From contig LSRY02000057.1 in NCBI GenBank assembly GCA_001643675.2, positions 310,001-374,000 of the forward strand: a stretch of DNA of 64,000 nt, in the 5' to 3' direction. This document shows, piece by piece, positions 24,979-38,200 of the stretch. Each line of letters starts with the position of its first letter. Position 1 is the stretch's first letter. This DNA is from Monocercomonoides exilis PA203 (lineage: Eukaryota > Protista > Preaxostyla). The notes under the pieces are model-generated. The model worked only from the letters and a program-made list of their open reading frames with translations. It made no database searches and had not been told where the DNA came from. The position numbers and the translations under genes are program-made.

Positions 24979-26541
24979 TTAAGCGCGTATTTGAGAAGAT
25001 GACGGAAAGAAGGAAGATTTTGAAGAAGGGAGCCTGAAAGGTGATGGAGTTGTTCGATAGCGTTCTTTTCTTTTATCTGGCGTCGCAGCAGCACTTGCCC
25101 TTAGAGCATTTGAGAAAGAAGAAGACGAAGCTGAAGAGAATCCTGAAGAAGAAGAAGCAGAAGCAGAACTGCCTTGTGCTGAATTTGCAGCAGCCGAGGA
25201 GGAAAAAGAAGAAGAGGAAGGATTATAACTGGAGAATGATGATGAGCTCTGCCCAGCAGCTGACGAAGCATTGGGAATTGACTGCTGCCTGGCTGGTGAC
25301 ATGAGAGGAGAACCCAATAACCTTGATCGCGATGAAGACGCGCCAACAGAACTGGAAGAAGCCGAAGGAAAAGAGGAAGAAGATGAGGAAGAAGAAGGAA
25401 AAGAAGAAGAAGAAGTCGATTCCATAGACGAACTAGATGAAGATGAAGATGAAGAGGAAGAGGAAGAGGAAGATGATTCTTTTTTGCTTGCGAGATATGA
25501 TGCAATGAGTGAAGATACATCAGCAAACGGCTTTTCTTCGGATGCTTTCGATTGAATTGCAGAGCGCTTTTGAGAAAATGGATAAGATGTCTGCCTTTTT
25601 GATTCTGAATAAGATGGTTTCAAAGAAACATCGCTGGAATTATCAGCAGCAGGAGCAGCAGCATCACTTGGGAAATTTGATGACTGATCCAAAGATTGCT
25701 GAGGCATGCTTTTATTTCGAGTCGCAGAAAATGTCGAAGCTGAAGCGCCTTGACGAATAAGTGGTTGAGTTCGTATCTTTGAGAATGAACTCTTTGAATT
25801 CTGGGGAGGTTGTAAGAGATACGAACGAGCTTTTGGCTCATCAGAAGTACTTTTCGTTTCTGTTTCTAAAAGTTCTGGTTCGTCATTTGCTTCATTTTCC
25901 TTATTCTCTTCAGCAGTCTGAGATGGCAAAGTTTCCAAAGAGGAATACAAATTAAGATGCGGGATGGCAGATTGACGCTTTTGATGCGAAGGTGATGATT
26001 CACGTGATAAATATTTCGATGAGTTCACTCGAAAATCTCTGGATGTTTCACTTTCAAGCATCGATTTCGGAGGTTCTTCACTTTGTTCTCCGGAATAAGG
26101 CTGCAACGAACTTTCACGCTTTATTGTTCTTTGAGAACGCTGTAAAGGAGGCTTAGAAAGAGTTGAACGAGCAGATTTGTTCTCATCTTTTGAATCTTTA
26201 TTTGTTGCAGGTTTTTGAGTACGGGAATATCTCAATTTTGTAAGTAAAGCTTCAATTTCAAGCGAAGTGTTTTGCTCAGACTCCTTCAGGGTTACGGCTT
26301 CTTCTTTGTATTGAGACGAAACCTGTTCAAGTTGGGCAATTTTTTCTTCCAATGAAAGAGAAAACGATTGACATGTTTGGAAGTGAGGTTGGGAGTCATG
26401 AACCAATAAAATATCATCCTGCTGGAAATTTGCTACATCTTTGGTTGTTCGTTTTTTTGAAGACGGAGTTAGCTGCGTCCTTCTTGTTTGATCTTGAGTT
26501 ACAGAATTTGAAAAAGGAGTTGTCTGAAGAGACGGATACAT
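24979..26541 (-). CDS. Hypothetical Ser-rich, largely disordered protein with an N-terminal coiled coil
   Basis: 520-aa ATG-initiated ORF; heptad-like 'LEEKIAQLEQVSSQYKEEAVTLKESEQNTSLEIEALLTKL'; poly-Ser C-terminal half. Confidence 0.7.
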   Translation of the reverse strand: MYPSLQTTPFSNSVTQDQTRRTQLTPSSKKRTTKDVANFQQDDILLVHDSQPHFQTCQSFSLSLEEKIAQLEQVSSQYKEEAVTLKESEQNTSLEIEALLTKLRYSRTQKPATNKDSKDENKSARSTLSKPPLQRSQRTIKRESSLQPYSGEQSEEPPKSMLESETSRDFRVNSSKYLSRESSPSHQKRQSAIPHLNLYSSLETLPSQTAEENKENEANDEPELLETETKSTSDEPKARSYLLQPPQNSKSSFSKIRTQPLIRQGASASTFSATRNKSMPQQSLDQSSNFPSDAAAPAADNSSDVSLKPSYSESKRQTSYPFSQKRSAIQSKASEEKPFADVSSLIASYLASKKESSSSSSSSSSSSSSSSSMESTSSSSFPSSSSSSSSFPSASSSSVGASSSRSRLLGSPLMSPARQQSIPNASSAAGQSSSSFSSYNPSSSSFSSSAAANSAQGSSASASSSSGFSSASSSSFSNALRASAAATPDKRKERYRTTPSPFRLPSSKSSFFPSSSQIRA

Positions 26542-26817
26542 TCAAAATTTTAATGTCAATCAATCTTAATTCAAATAATTTATTGACTTATTTGATAAAA
26601 TGATTTTCAATAAGTCCTCTTTGCCAAAGAAAACTGGTTTCACTTTTCAATAAAGCACCCATAAGCAAATCAATTAACTTTTTAAAAAATATTTTTTGAA
26701 CTCAAAATTTATCTTTGTTAATATTTAGCTTAAAAAGAAATGAATCAAATTATTGAGCTTCTTTATCATTATAACAGTAAGAATGCTTGAATGAAAAAAA
26801 TTAAAGTGAAGAAATAT

Positions 26818-29800
26818 TCACACACGATGCTGAAGTTGAAATTTTGAAGTGTCCAACGCTGAATGCGGCTGCTGTGAAGTTGAGGGAACAACATAGCTGT
26901 AAATAGATGATGACAAAGAAGATTTTGAAGATGTTACAGAAGAAGCAGAATAATCACGTGTAACAGACGATGAAGCAGAAGAATAGTCATTTCTTGATGT
27001 GTTCGATTTTTCAATATCTTTTCTGTCTGAATGGTTGCTTTCAAATTGCTCTTCTTCTTCTTCCTCCTCTTCCTCCTCTTCTTCTTCCTTTTCCTCTTCC
27101 TCCTCTTCATACTCCTCATACTCCTCCTCAGACTCCTCCTCATTTCCCATCATTTCTGCCTGTTCTCTTGACTCCTTCTCTTTCTCTTCACTTTCTCCCA
27201 CCATCTGATAAGGGTTCGATGTATGCAACGGATATTGAAGTGGTGAAAGCGACTCAACTTTCTGTGCTTGTTTGCTCTCTGCTTTCGTCTGGCGCATCGG
27301 ATGCGACGAGATCAGCGCATACGAAAGCGGATGGGGCACATCAGGCGACGCAACCACAGCTGAGGCTGAATGAACGACATGAGGTGACACAAGAGAGGGA
27401 GAAAAGAGAGAAAGCGACAATCCTTCTGCTGCTGGCAATGATTCGGGCGTTGAAATAACAGATGAATGAGGGCTTTCAGATGGCTGAGATTTGGAGGAGT
27501 GAGGGGATTCGAGAGAAGAACGCTGAGAAGGTGAAGGATGATGCTGCTGTGAAGGAAATTGCTGTGAAGATGAGTTTGAAGATGGTGAAGAAGTGTTTCG
27601 TGGGGCAGCATTTGTAGCAAATGATGGAGTATTTCCATTTCCATTTGATTGATTTGCTTTCAGAGGCGAATAACGCTGTTGGTTACCAGTTAGCTCACCA
27701 TTTTCACTCGATCTGCCAGAACGATGTGAATGCTTTGATGTGTCTGGATGTTGTGTTGATGCACCTTTATTGTCTTGTCTGTTTGTTTGAGATGGCTCTT
27801 CACAGAAACGACGCTGACGTTGTTGATGATGAGGATGATGATAATTGCGCAGCCTGTGATGCCTGCAAGGACAGCAGAAGCGATTGTGCTGGTGGCAATC
27901 ACAGAAACACGCACAATTACACCTATGCTTTTGTAGCGGTTCTTCCAAAGGAGCATCTTGCTTTTCCTCATTCTTTTCATTCTGTTTGCATTCATCCTTC
28001 TCTTCTTCAGGGAGTGTTTGCAACTGTTGTGGTGTTGATTCTTTTGGCTGTGTTTTGCGAGGTGGAGAATAAAGAGGGGAATACGGATCATCAGTCGCAT
28101 GGTACATCAGAGGTTCCACACTCTCTCCTCTGCTCTGATAATCGGCCACTCCGCTGCTTCTGCTGCTGATTGCTGCTTTTTGTATCTGTCTGATTTCATT
28201 AAGCGGATCCTTCTCTTCAAAAGCCGATGAAGATGAAGATGAAGACGTGTCTGTTGGGTGTGTTCCAGAAGAAGGATAAGGCTGAACCATCATCCCAATC
28301 TTCTCTCCAAGTGCTCTTCCGTAACTCCCATACACTCGCTTTGCACCCACTCCCTTTGAAATAGAAGGTGCTTTCTCTTGCGTCTCATTCGAAATACTGA
28401 CACGTCCTTTCTTTTTCTTCCTCTTTGATGAAGACTGTGCCAAAGCCACAGCATCCGCCATCTGCTTCATCTTCGCCTCTTTCTCTGCAAACTCCTCTTC
28501 GATGATGCGTCTGGCAGCAAAGTATGTTTCTGCCTCAGATGGATCGATTGACACTGGCAGCGGCGGATGCGGCTGAAAACTCTGTGAAAGAGGAGAGGAA
28601 GGGTCAAATGTGCTGCTGTGGGGTTCTTGGAAGGAAGTGAATGAAGAGCGGAATGGAGAATTACTCTGATTCTGGTTTCCTCCGCGCGGAGAAAGAGAAG
28701 ATTGTGATTTCTGTATAGATGGGGAAGAAGAAGAAGAGGAGGAGGAAGAAGAAGGAATTGAAGTGTTTTTCGAGTCAAGCGGAGAAAGCGAAGCTAAGCC
28801 GTAAGAGGGAGACAAAGGAACAATTGGCTGCTCAATTGGAGATGCTGTGTATAATGCCCCAAGAGCAGCTGTTGATGTTGGGTCTCTTGTTGTCAGCAGC
28901 CCAACATTCACAGGAACAAGCGGGGTTGTCAGAAGCTTCTCTTCTGAAAGAGGAAGAGGCAATGCTCTTTTCACCCGCTTTCTTCCTCTCTTCTTTCGTT
29001 TCGCGCTGTTTGCAGCTGAATTTACTGGCAATCCTTTTTTGGACAAAGAAGAAGTGCTTTTGTTGCTCAATTGATTTGGCCTTCTCTCTGATTCAGAAGG
29101 CAAACGGTCTGATTGTGCTTGAGGAGTGGCTTTTCTATCATAATTATTATAATTCGCATTATTACCTCGTTTAACTCCCTTTTTGTTTTGTCTTCTTCCT
29201 CCTCTTCCCAAAGGCATTCTCATCGTTTTTGATATCCTTTCCCATTCGTCTTCTGAACTGCCATCTGTTCCATTCTGTTCATCTCCAGCTTTTTCAGCAT
29301 CTTCACGAGTCTTCTCTTTTCCCCTGCATTCTTCATTCACATCATCATATTTTTCATCATTTCTGCCATTGCTCTTCTCCAAAATCCACTTCCCTTTCAG
29401 CTCTGTCACTTTCGGCTTCCCGCCGCACATTCCAACAACCCCTTGGAGCAGAGGCCTTGCTGAGTCTACAAACGGCGTCTGGCACTTTCTGATGTTCCTC
29501 GTTTTGCCAGCAGGCACCCACGGCCTCAGCCCATCCTGTGTGTTCCACAGAGTGGCCTGTGTTGGCGACAAGGAACGAAGCGGATCGCCTGGCTTGATCA
29601 ACACTGTCCTCTCATTCGATAAGGAGTGTGAGTGTGTGGAGGAATAGCGAGAAGGTGAAGCAGAGGAAGCAGAGTGAGATGTGCTGCGGGGTGGTGATGC
29701 TGACATGCTTCTTCTTCGAGAATATTCTGTTTCTGAGTACGAAGAAGCAGACAGCGAAGCTGAATGAGAAGAGCGCGATGATTTCGAGCGATGCCTGCCA

Positions 29801-31349
29801 GCAGGACGCAGCACGTATTCAGAGGAAGGACGAATGATATGCCTCATGCGGGACAAAGTACCTCCATCAAAGGCTTTTCGTGGCGGTGACGTTGGAGTGC
29901 CTCGCTGTGAGTATTTTGTTGGGAAGACAAAACGGAGTCCATTTGGAGACAGACGCTGGCTGTATCCATTGAGCACTTGAGACGATGGAGAGGCACCTGG
30001 AATCAGCATTTCCCTCTGCTCGCTCCCAACTGGGGCTTCAGAACACTCGCTCTCAACAGACGACTCTTCTGACTGCTCTTTTTCGATGTTTGAACTGTCT
30101 TCCATTTGCTGCTTATGAACTGTTTTGTTACGCTCATTCTTTCCTTTCTGTTCTTTTTCTTTGAGTGGAGACTTCTGCTTTCGATGATTGTTTGTTGGGT
30201 CCTGCTTTTCAATATCATCTGACAAGCGATCTCTTTGCAGAGAAGGTGAACAACGACGTGCTTGCACTTCCTTTTTACCGTCTGCAAATGAATCTTCATC
30301 TTCAACTTCTGATCTTTCTTTTTCTTCTTCTTTTTCAATATCCTTTTCGTCAGCTGGCCACTGTTTCTGTCTTGAGCCTTCCACTTCTTCATCAGCATCA
30401 CGATGCTTCTTGTTGCTTGCTTGAAGACGTGTTCCTTGATTTCTTTTTCTTTGTGCAACACCTTTTCCATCGCATTCATCTTCCACGCAATATGCTTGTC
30501 TCTCATCATTTGTCTTTGAGTCATCATAGTGCAATTTTGACGTTCCATATAAGAGTCCCCTTTCAGGTATTTCACTTCTATTAGATTCATCGCCTTTTGC
30601 CATCATATCAGAAAAAGATTGAATACCGCCACTACCAACAAGCGGAGGGCGCTGCTGTCTTCCAGTTGCAGAAAAATGCATAGGCGCATCAAAAAGTGAA
30701 GGATCCTTTTCAACAACGCTTGACAGCACCGGGCCAAGTAATTCTGCTCGTTGTCTCATATTTTGCCCAAATTTAAGCATCGACCTAACATAATTTTGAT
30801 GTGCAATTGTTGCAAGCTGCCTCAATTCTTCCCGCCTTTGTTTTTCAGTCCGAACTCGAGGAATCCTTTCTTTTGAAGGAGATTGATTTTGATTGCGAAA
30901 CGGAACTTGTTGAGATTTTGCAACGTAAGAACGTGAATCTCTTCGTTCATAATCGCTTGACGGAATTTGGTGAAATAGTGGCTCAGGCGTGCAAAAAGAA
31001 ATTGAATTTAAAGAAGAACTATTTATAGAATAAATTGGTACGCATATTATTGAATATTGTAACAAACCGTTGTGGATAAGAAGGAACCTGAAGAAGTGAG
31101 TTCTTTTTGAATATATATCAATTCAACATTTGAAAAACATAGCGTGAAAATATAAAATAATTACCTGGTGAAATTTTGCTTCTGAAAGTGAGTGTTCAGA
31201 ATCGTCTAAATGATCTAGACGAGTTTTTAGATTTGAAATTACGCTGTGTTCAAAAGAAAAGAAATTGAAGCAATTTCCGTTTTAGCATTAATCATCAAAA
31301 AATGCTTGCAAAAATAATATACGAAATACCTTGAAAAGCCAGGCTCCAT
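26818..31349 (-). CDS. Large hypothetical low-complexity protein (4 exons)
   Basis: ATG at 31349. GT-AG introns at 31244-31329, 31088-31164 and 31019-31067 splice in frame (MEPGFSSVISNLKTRLDHLDDSEHSLSEAKFHQVPSYPQRSSLN...) into the long ORF ending at 26818. Ser/Arg-, Glu- and Cys/His-rich segments. Confidence 0.75.
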
Positions 31350-31449
31350 TTTTTTAAATCCAAACTTAAAAATTAATTAAACTAAAATTTAAAAAGGGTT
31401 CTTTGGATTGAAAAAAAATTAGAGAATCAAGATCGTTGAATTTTTCAAT

Positions 31450-34400
31450 ATGGTCAAAAAGGAATTGAAGAAGACGAATTCTTCCCATCCCAAAAAAACT
31501 GATATTAAGATACCTCCATCGCTTCGCGAAAGAAAAGCAAGAAGAAAGAAGAATTACAAGAAATACTATTATGGAGTTGGAATTTCGATTGCTGTTGTAA
31601 TACTTTTAATTATTTCAAACAGACCAAGAAAGCAAAGTGTAAATGCCACAAAAACAGAAGATGAGAAATATGATGGAACAAAGCCACCAGCAGATGAGTT
31701 GTATAAGCAAGTTGAAAATGATCTTAGAAGAAGTGCACCACTTCAAGCCTATTTTTCAACAAAAGAATTGATGGAAGCAGAAGGAAATTCAACTCGTTCT
31801 CTTATTGCCAGGTATCAAAGTGCTTTTTCATTGGGTGACTTTGAAACAGCAGTCAATCTGATTACAAAGGTTTGATTCAAATCTTCAATTGATTTATTTT
31901 TGAAAATATATCCCTTTAGCTAGAACTTCGTAAGCGTCTTCCTATGCCATACGATAGAGTTCTGAAAATGCTTGATGAACAAAAACAAGGGCAAGAAATA
32001 CACCACAAACAAATTGACAATGTTTTTAACACTCTCGATCCAAATAACATTATAAGGAAATTCGAAAATATCAAGCCAGTTAACGCATCAGAGTTATGTT
32101 CAGCATCTACAAAACAAAATAATTCTGTTGATCCTCAAAATACATATGTGAATTCTTTGATGGAAACATTGATAGTTGAAGCTGAAAGAAATAAATCAAT
32201 GAAATCGCTTCTTCCATATTATCGAGAGCCATTATCATCTCCTTTTAATTCTATTTTAATGAACAAGGATATAACAGCAATTGTCAAAAGTGAACAGGAG
32301 ATCAAATCTTTCATAAAGAGTTCGCATATATTAGATGATGGATACTACAAAGTGAAGCCAATTATCAATGATGAGAATTACTTAGATTTTGTTTCTTCAA
32401 AAGGTTTGAAGATGCAAGAGTTATCTGCAACTCAGTCACAGAAAAATCCAGAACTTGATCTGTATCTTGATTCGCTTTATAAAGCAGCTCATTGGTTCAA
32501 ACGTCTTAACACGTCCTTTGTTGAGAACGATGAGAACCCAATTCTTGAAGAATGGGCAGACAGTCTTCCTTCTCTTAATGATGAAGAATTCAATGAATCG
32601 AAAGCGACTGTTCTGAACATCGAAAGAAACGAGACCTTCGAGCGATATATGCTGGCTCATTTGGCTGTGAATGTTGCTGTGTCACACGGATTTATCCTAC
32701 CTTTACATGGGCCAGCACACGAACAGTTGACTCGCCTTGTAATGAAAATAGGCGAGCTTAACTGGGGCGCTGATGTTTCTTTGAGCGGAGAAGGAAAAGA
32801 CAAAAAGACAGTTACTCAAGTTAGACAGGAGCTGTATGATTCTGCAGTTTCCATGATGATCAATGTGCTTAACAGAGAAGGAACAGAAATGAATGAAAAC
32901 AGTCAGAAAATGAAAGAGGAGGTGAAGCGAAGACAAGACAACTACAACAAGAAAGTGGCTAAGCGCGCGGCAGAAGAAGAGAAAAAGACACGGATTGGAG
33001 AAGGCAGAGGACTATCAGAAGAGGAAATCACAGATTGGATGATGGGGGCAGATGAGGCAGAGATAGAGAAAGTGCAGAAGGAACACATGATGCGCACTTC
33101 TTGCGAATGGAGTGGAAGAGCTGCCACTATATTCCATCCAGACATTGCTGTTTTGATTGTTCTTGACATCTTCAATGCGGCTGTAAAAGTGGCAAATGAA
33201 ATAGCCGAAGAGAATAAGTTGGCTGCAAACGAGGCACAGAAAGGACTTAGCAGCGGAATAAACAATATTTTAACACCAGCATTTATTAAAGATTTGCATT
33301 CGCAAATTTCTCGTACTTCTTCTGTTGCCACTGTCTTTGATGCTACTCGAAACACCAGCTATGTTTCAGCGTTTCAGAGGGGACAATTCAAGAAATACAG
33401 AAACGACCGCTTGCTTGTCGAGAAAGAGCACTCAGCCAAGAAGTCATCATCAAAGTTGCAGAAACTTGTGTCGAAGCATATGCGTGAGATAGAAAAGACA
33501 CCAACTCCAGACGAGATTAAAGAATGGAAGGACACTTTAACGGAATATACTCGCCCATCATTGCAGGTTGCGGCAAAAATCTCAGGCAAAGCTGACATCC
33601 AAAAGACACCAGAGAATGAAGTCAATGAAGCAGCGCAACAAACTGAGAAGAAAAATCATAAAAAAGAGAAATCAATTGAAGATCATCTTTCGGAGTTGTG
33701 CGAAGCTACAAGAAAGCTTATTGCTGAAGCTGATTCAAAAGACGAGACAAACACATCTCTCGAATCTCTTGTACGCCACTCCCCAACAATGATAGCTTCG
33801 TGGTTCATTGATCAATTCCTTGCTCTTCTTCCTTTCCAGGCGCTAAACGAGCCAGTTGCACAACTTGTTGGTTCAGCAATTCTGATGCACTTTAACATGC
33901 TACCACTTTCTTTATTTGATCCCAACATCTTCCAGTATTCATCTGGAACGACTGTTCCAGCATACAGATCATCCTTTTATTTCAATCGCTTTGGTGTGGA
34001 GGCTGCTGATAGATCTGATTCAATATTACCTCTTGCTGATACGATCATCGGACACCAGGAGCGATTTTTGGTCACAGCATTGTCACTTGGCACGACTGTT
34101 ATTCCAATGCAAGGGAAGCTTCGTCACGTTCAAAACATCGTTGAAATAAGACAAAAGGAGATCGATAGCGAAATTGAGAAGGATAAAGAATACTCAAAAA
34201 GACTATGGGAAGCTATTGACAGAATGAAGAACGAAACAGTATTGTTTGCGAACGAATTTATTGCAAGTCGAAACTCAAATACGAGCAATATCACGTATTC
34301 TGTAGAGGATGGGAATGCCAACAACACGGAGGAAACAACACGCTTCCCACTTCGATTCTTCATGGAAGAGCAGAAGATGAAAGCCAGCAACAAAAGTGAG

Positions 34401-34712
34401 CAAATTGGGGATAACATTCGATTTAACGCTTCTGAGGCGGAAGAAGTCGAAGCTGCTCCGGTTGTGTCCATTCACAGAGACGATCCCCTTTCGATCCTGC
34501 CACATTTCACACTTTCAATCCAATTTGACCCAGTTGCACCGACACACCTCACAAAGCTAGCAGTTGTCAGAGTTATTCGCGATGACAGTGATTTGATGAG
34601 TAAAAACGAACTGTTGAAGCCCTTCTTTTTCCATTTGTCATCTGATGCAGATTCTTCAATCGTTTTGTTCAAGGAATGGCTGAAAAATGTGTTTTCTGCA
34701 ATTTTCGGATAA
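31450..34712 (+). CDS. Type II membrane protein (~1070 aa) with a degenerate Fic/Doc-like domain
   Basis: An intron at 31870-31919 (GT..AG, 50 nt) joins ORFs 31450.. and 31944.. in frame. Basic N-tail, then TM 'YYYGVGISIAVVILLIIS'. Fic-like segments 'LTPAFIKDLH', 'RGQFK', 'IASWFIDQFLALLPFQALNEPVAQLVGSAILMHFNMLPL'. Many N-x-S/T sequons. The gene model is secure; the Fic call is moderate. Confidence 0.7.
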
Positions 34713-35258
34713 TTAAAATAATAATACAAAATAATGCATTTTCTGAATAATGAAATATTTCTTTTGATTCTGAAATATTTACAATGTAATTTTATGTTTT
34801 AGCTTGCGGAAGTCGAGCATTTTTTTTCAAGGAGAGAGGATATTTAATTTTCTTTTTTCGCTTTCCCGAATTCTTCGTTTTTTTCAAAAATGAGGAATGC
34901 ACACAAACAGTAAGTAGAATTGCGTTTGTTTTAATGAATTTTTAGTGTTAGCTCTTCAGTGCCATGGCTTTAGCAAAACATAATAATTATAAACAAATTT
35001 TACAAATAAATAAACAACAAACAGAACGACCCTGATCCAAAAGACAGAAATATTTCTCAACTCATAATAATTAAGATGCAAGCTTCAACAAAATTAAATA
35101 AAACATATACTCAGCACTCTATCTTAAAACACAAAACAACTATTACAAATGTATTGACAGAAGCCGATAAAAACACTCAAAAAAATGAACTGAAAATACA
35201 ACAAAAGATTCACACAAATGCTTTCAAGTTGAAAAACTTCCAAAAGAAAACTCAAACA

Positions 35259-38200
35259 TCATACAGGTTTTAAAAGAAAATAAATCGTTTTTAGAATGGC
35301 TCGATGCAAACAACGAATGGTTGGAACAAAATGGTTATTCAAACAAGAATTTGTTTGCGACGCGCATGAAGAAGTGAACTCCTTCATCGTAACTCGTGGG
35401 TTAGATAACACAGATTTATCATTTACAGGTAATTCAATTTGAACAGAAAAGTTTTTTACAGATTTTTCACTCGAAGGATGCGATGAACACAAATTCTTTC
35501 CAGGAGATAAAAGAGATGTGGCTGCAACATCGTCTTCCAACTCCCAATCGTCTGGCCAAATGAGAAAGTTGAGGAATGAAGGAAGAGAAAACCGAGTAGA
35601 AGAAAGCAAATCTGGTGCAATAGAATTCAGAAGAGAAGGCGAGATTGGCAGAGACATAACAAACAGATGGTCGATAAAGGAGATTAACTGACTGACGTCC
35701 TTCTCTAACAGTCTTTCAGTTGCCATGCTTAAGTCTTTGTCCAAAGAAAACAGAGATGTTTGACTCTCGTTGAAGCTTGTTTGAGTAAGTAACGCACTGA
35801 TAGGTCGTGGAGGAACAGGAGATGCTCTGTGTGTAAAAGATGAGCAGCTCGAGGAAGAAGGCAAAGAAGACGCGGTTTCAGAACTTAATGATAACACTGT
35901 TGCAGGTGAAAGAGGGCGCGGTGGTGGAGGAAGGGGAGGAAGAGAAGCAGAGCTGCTTGATTTCGGCATTGACGAAGGATAAGGCGAGATTGAAGGCGAA
36001 GGTGAAGAAGATAAAGACTTAATCGAATCATTGCTGTAATCAGAATGAGAGATCTTAAAATCAGGTGAGACAGAACTGGAAGGTGGAAGAGGCAGTTCTG
36101 TAAGAAGGCTACGTGAGCTTTCTCCCTCACTTTGAGATGTGGAAAATGAGCGTGTTGATATCATCGATTGAGGCTCGGATAACTTTGCCGAAGAAAACTT
36201 AACGGTCTTCTGTTTTTCTATTTGATGCTTCTTTTTGGATTCGCCTTCAGTTTCAATTGCATTTTCTTTGAGACGAGGCATCAGAAGTGGCCGAGCTCTG
36301 TAAAATCCACCCAATTTGGCGAGTGGAGTGTAAAGAGAAGATAAAGAGTTCGTCAATGTGTAGTTCAGAGGATTAATAGTGAAAAATATTGAAGAAGGAA
36401 ATACAGCTTGATGAGCTATGGAAGGTACGGAGCATTCGTGGAGATAAAGAAGAGCTGTGCAAATATCGAGTGCGATCTTGAGAATAACAACAGGCGAAAT
36501 GAAAAGTTGGAAAGGCGATTCGTCGAAGTCTGAGTCAGCAAACAAACTGGGCTTCATTTCTCCAGCTGAAATGTGCCTTTTGCGTGGCAAAGGCAAAGAA
36601 TGGTGACTTTCTTGTGGAAATGAAGCAAGTGGATGAGGAAGCAGATGTTTGAAATAACGAACTCGAAACTGTTGATCATCACCAGAAAAATGCAGGAGCT
36701 TTTTCGCTTTTTTCGTTGAAGCCTGCTGCATTTCTGTCAGCTGAGACAGAAAAGCGTTGCACGAAAGAGCATATCTTTCAACATTGACATGAATTGAAGG
36801 AAGAGCTCGCACAGCAGAAGAATGAAGAATACACGGATGAGATAGAGTTGATTGAAAGAAGGCTGCTGATAAGTAATCTTGCAAGGAAATTGTGCTTCTA
36901 TCGCACATACTAATTCCAGCCAACCGAACAGTTAGCCCAACTCTACGAGACAAAAGAGCCAAGTAATGACTGTTAACTTTTGGAGATTTCACAGAAGTTT
37001 TTAAAGGAGTAGAAGTTACAGCTTCATAACTTGGCAAATTTTGGATGTTTAGGCATGGAGATGATGGAGTATTATCAGATAAATTTGATCCAGAATCTTC
37101 GATATTTTGTTCAGTGAAAGTTTCGTATTGAGAAAGCAAAGGAGACATTGAGCATGAACGAGATGAACTGCGCATTTTATGCAAATCTAAATGAGGAAGG
37201 TAGCACACAATGAAAGAAGGAAGCTCCATTGGATTCGGTTCTTCTTGCTTTTGGTCCACAGCAAATGGATCAAAGAGAAGAAAAGATTTCGAAAACCATT
37301 TTGAGAATGAAGAAAAGAAAGAAAGCATCTGGCCATGCTTCGATTTAGCAAAATTCTTTTGGTGTGTCAAGCATGGATTATATGCAGCTTCCTTTAAAGA
37401 ATAAATATTGTCTGACACTTGTAAAGATTCGCTATTTCTACTTGAAAGATGAGCTTGGCCACTTTCCTCTTTGAGTATTGCGTTTGCATCTTCCGATGCT
37501 TTCATTGAATGATCAGCATCTAATGACATTGTGCTTACAAAAGAATTATTAACTTTTTCATCAATTGAAGCGAATTGTTCAGAAACTTCAATTAACTTCC
37601 ACCATTTCAACAGTTCTGAGATTGTTAAGAATGAGTCAAAAGATGAACCAAGTGTCATTTCAGGAGCAGCAGTGTGCAGCAGACTCAAAAGGTTTTGTAA
37701 CCGATTGCTCGTGAGTTTTGAGGAAATGCAATATGAGTGATATTTCTCTCTCACATAGCGCATAACATCTATTAAAGGAGAGCATGATATTAAACGCAGA
37801 GTATCTGAGTTGTGGTCTGTTTTTGTGAAAATAAATGGAAGTCTCGAAAAAGGCAAAGAATGAATTGTTTCCCAATCAGGATATTGATGAGAAGGAAGAA
37901 TTTTTAATCTTCTATTATTTTCTGTGTTTTTCTGTGGTTTTGATTCGAGATCATCATCCGCATCTGCATCATTACGAATAAAGTCGAATGACAGATCAAT
38001 TTCTTTTGGAAGATCTGGCAACGATGATTTATTTAATGCAACGTTACACAAAGAATAAAATGTTGCTTCGCCTTCAGAGTTAGTTGAATCTTCATTTACT
38101 GGAGGGATACAAATGTTGGGCTGTACAGTCATGCAACAGAATTCCGCCGTTCCATCAGACTTATTTTTGTCTTTAGAACTTGTCAACTTTGAAAGAAGAC

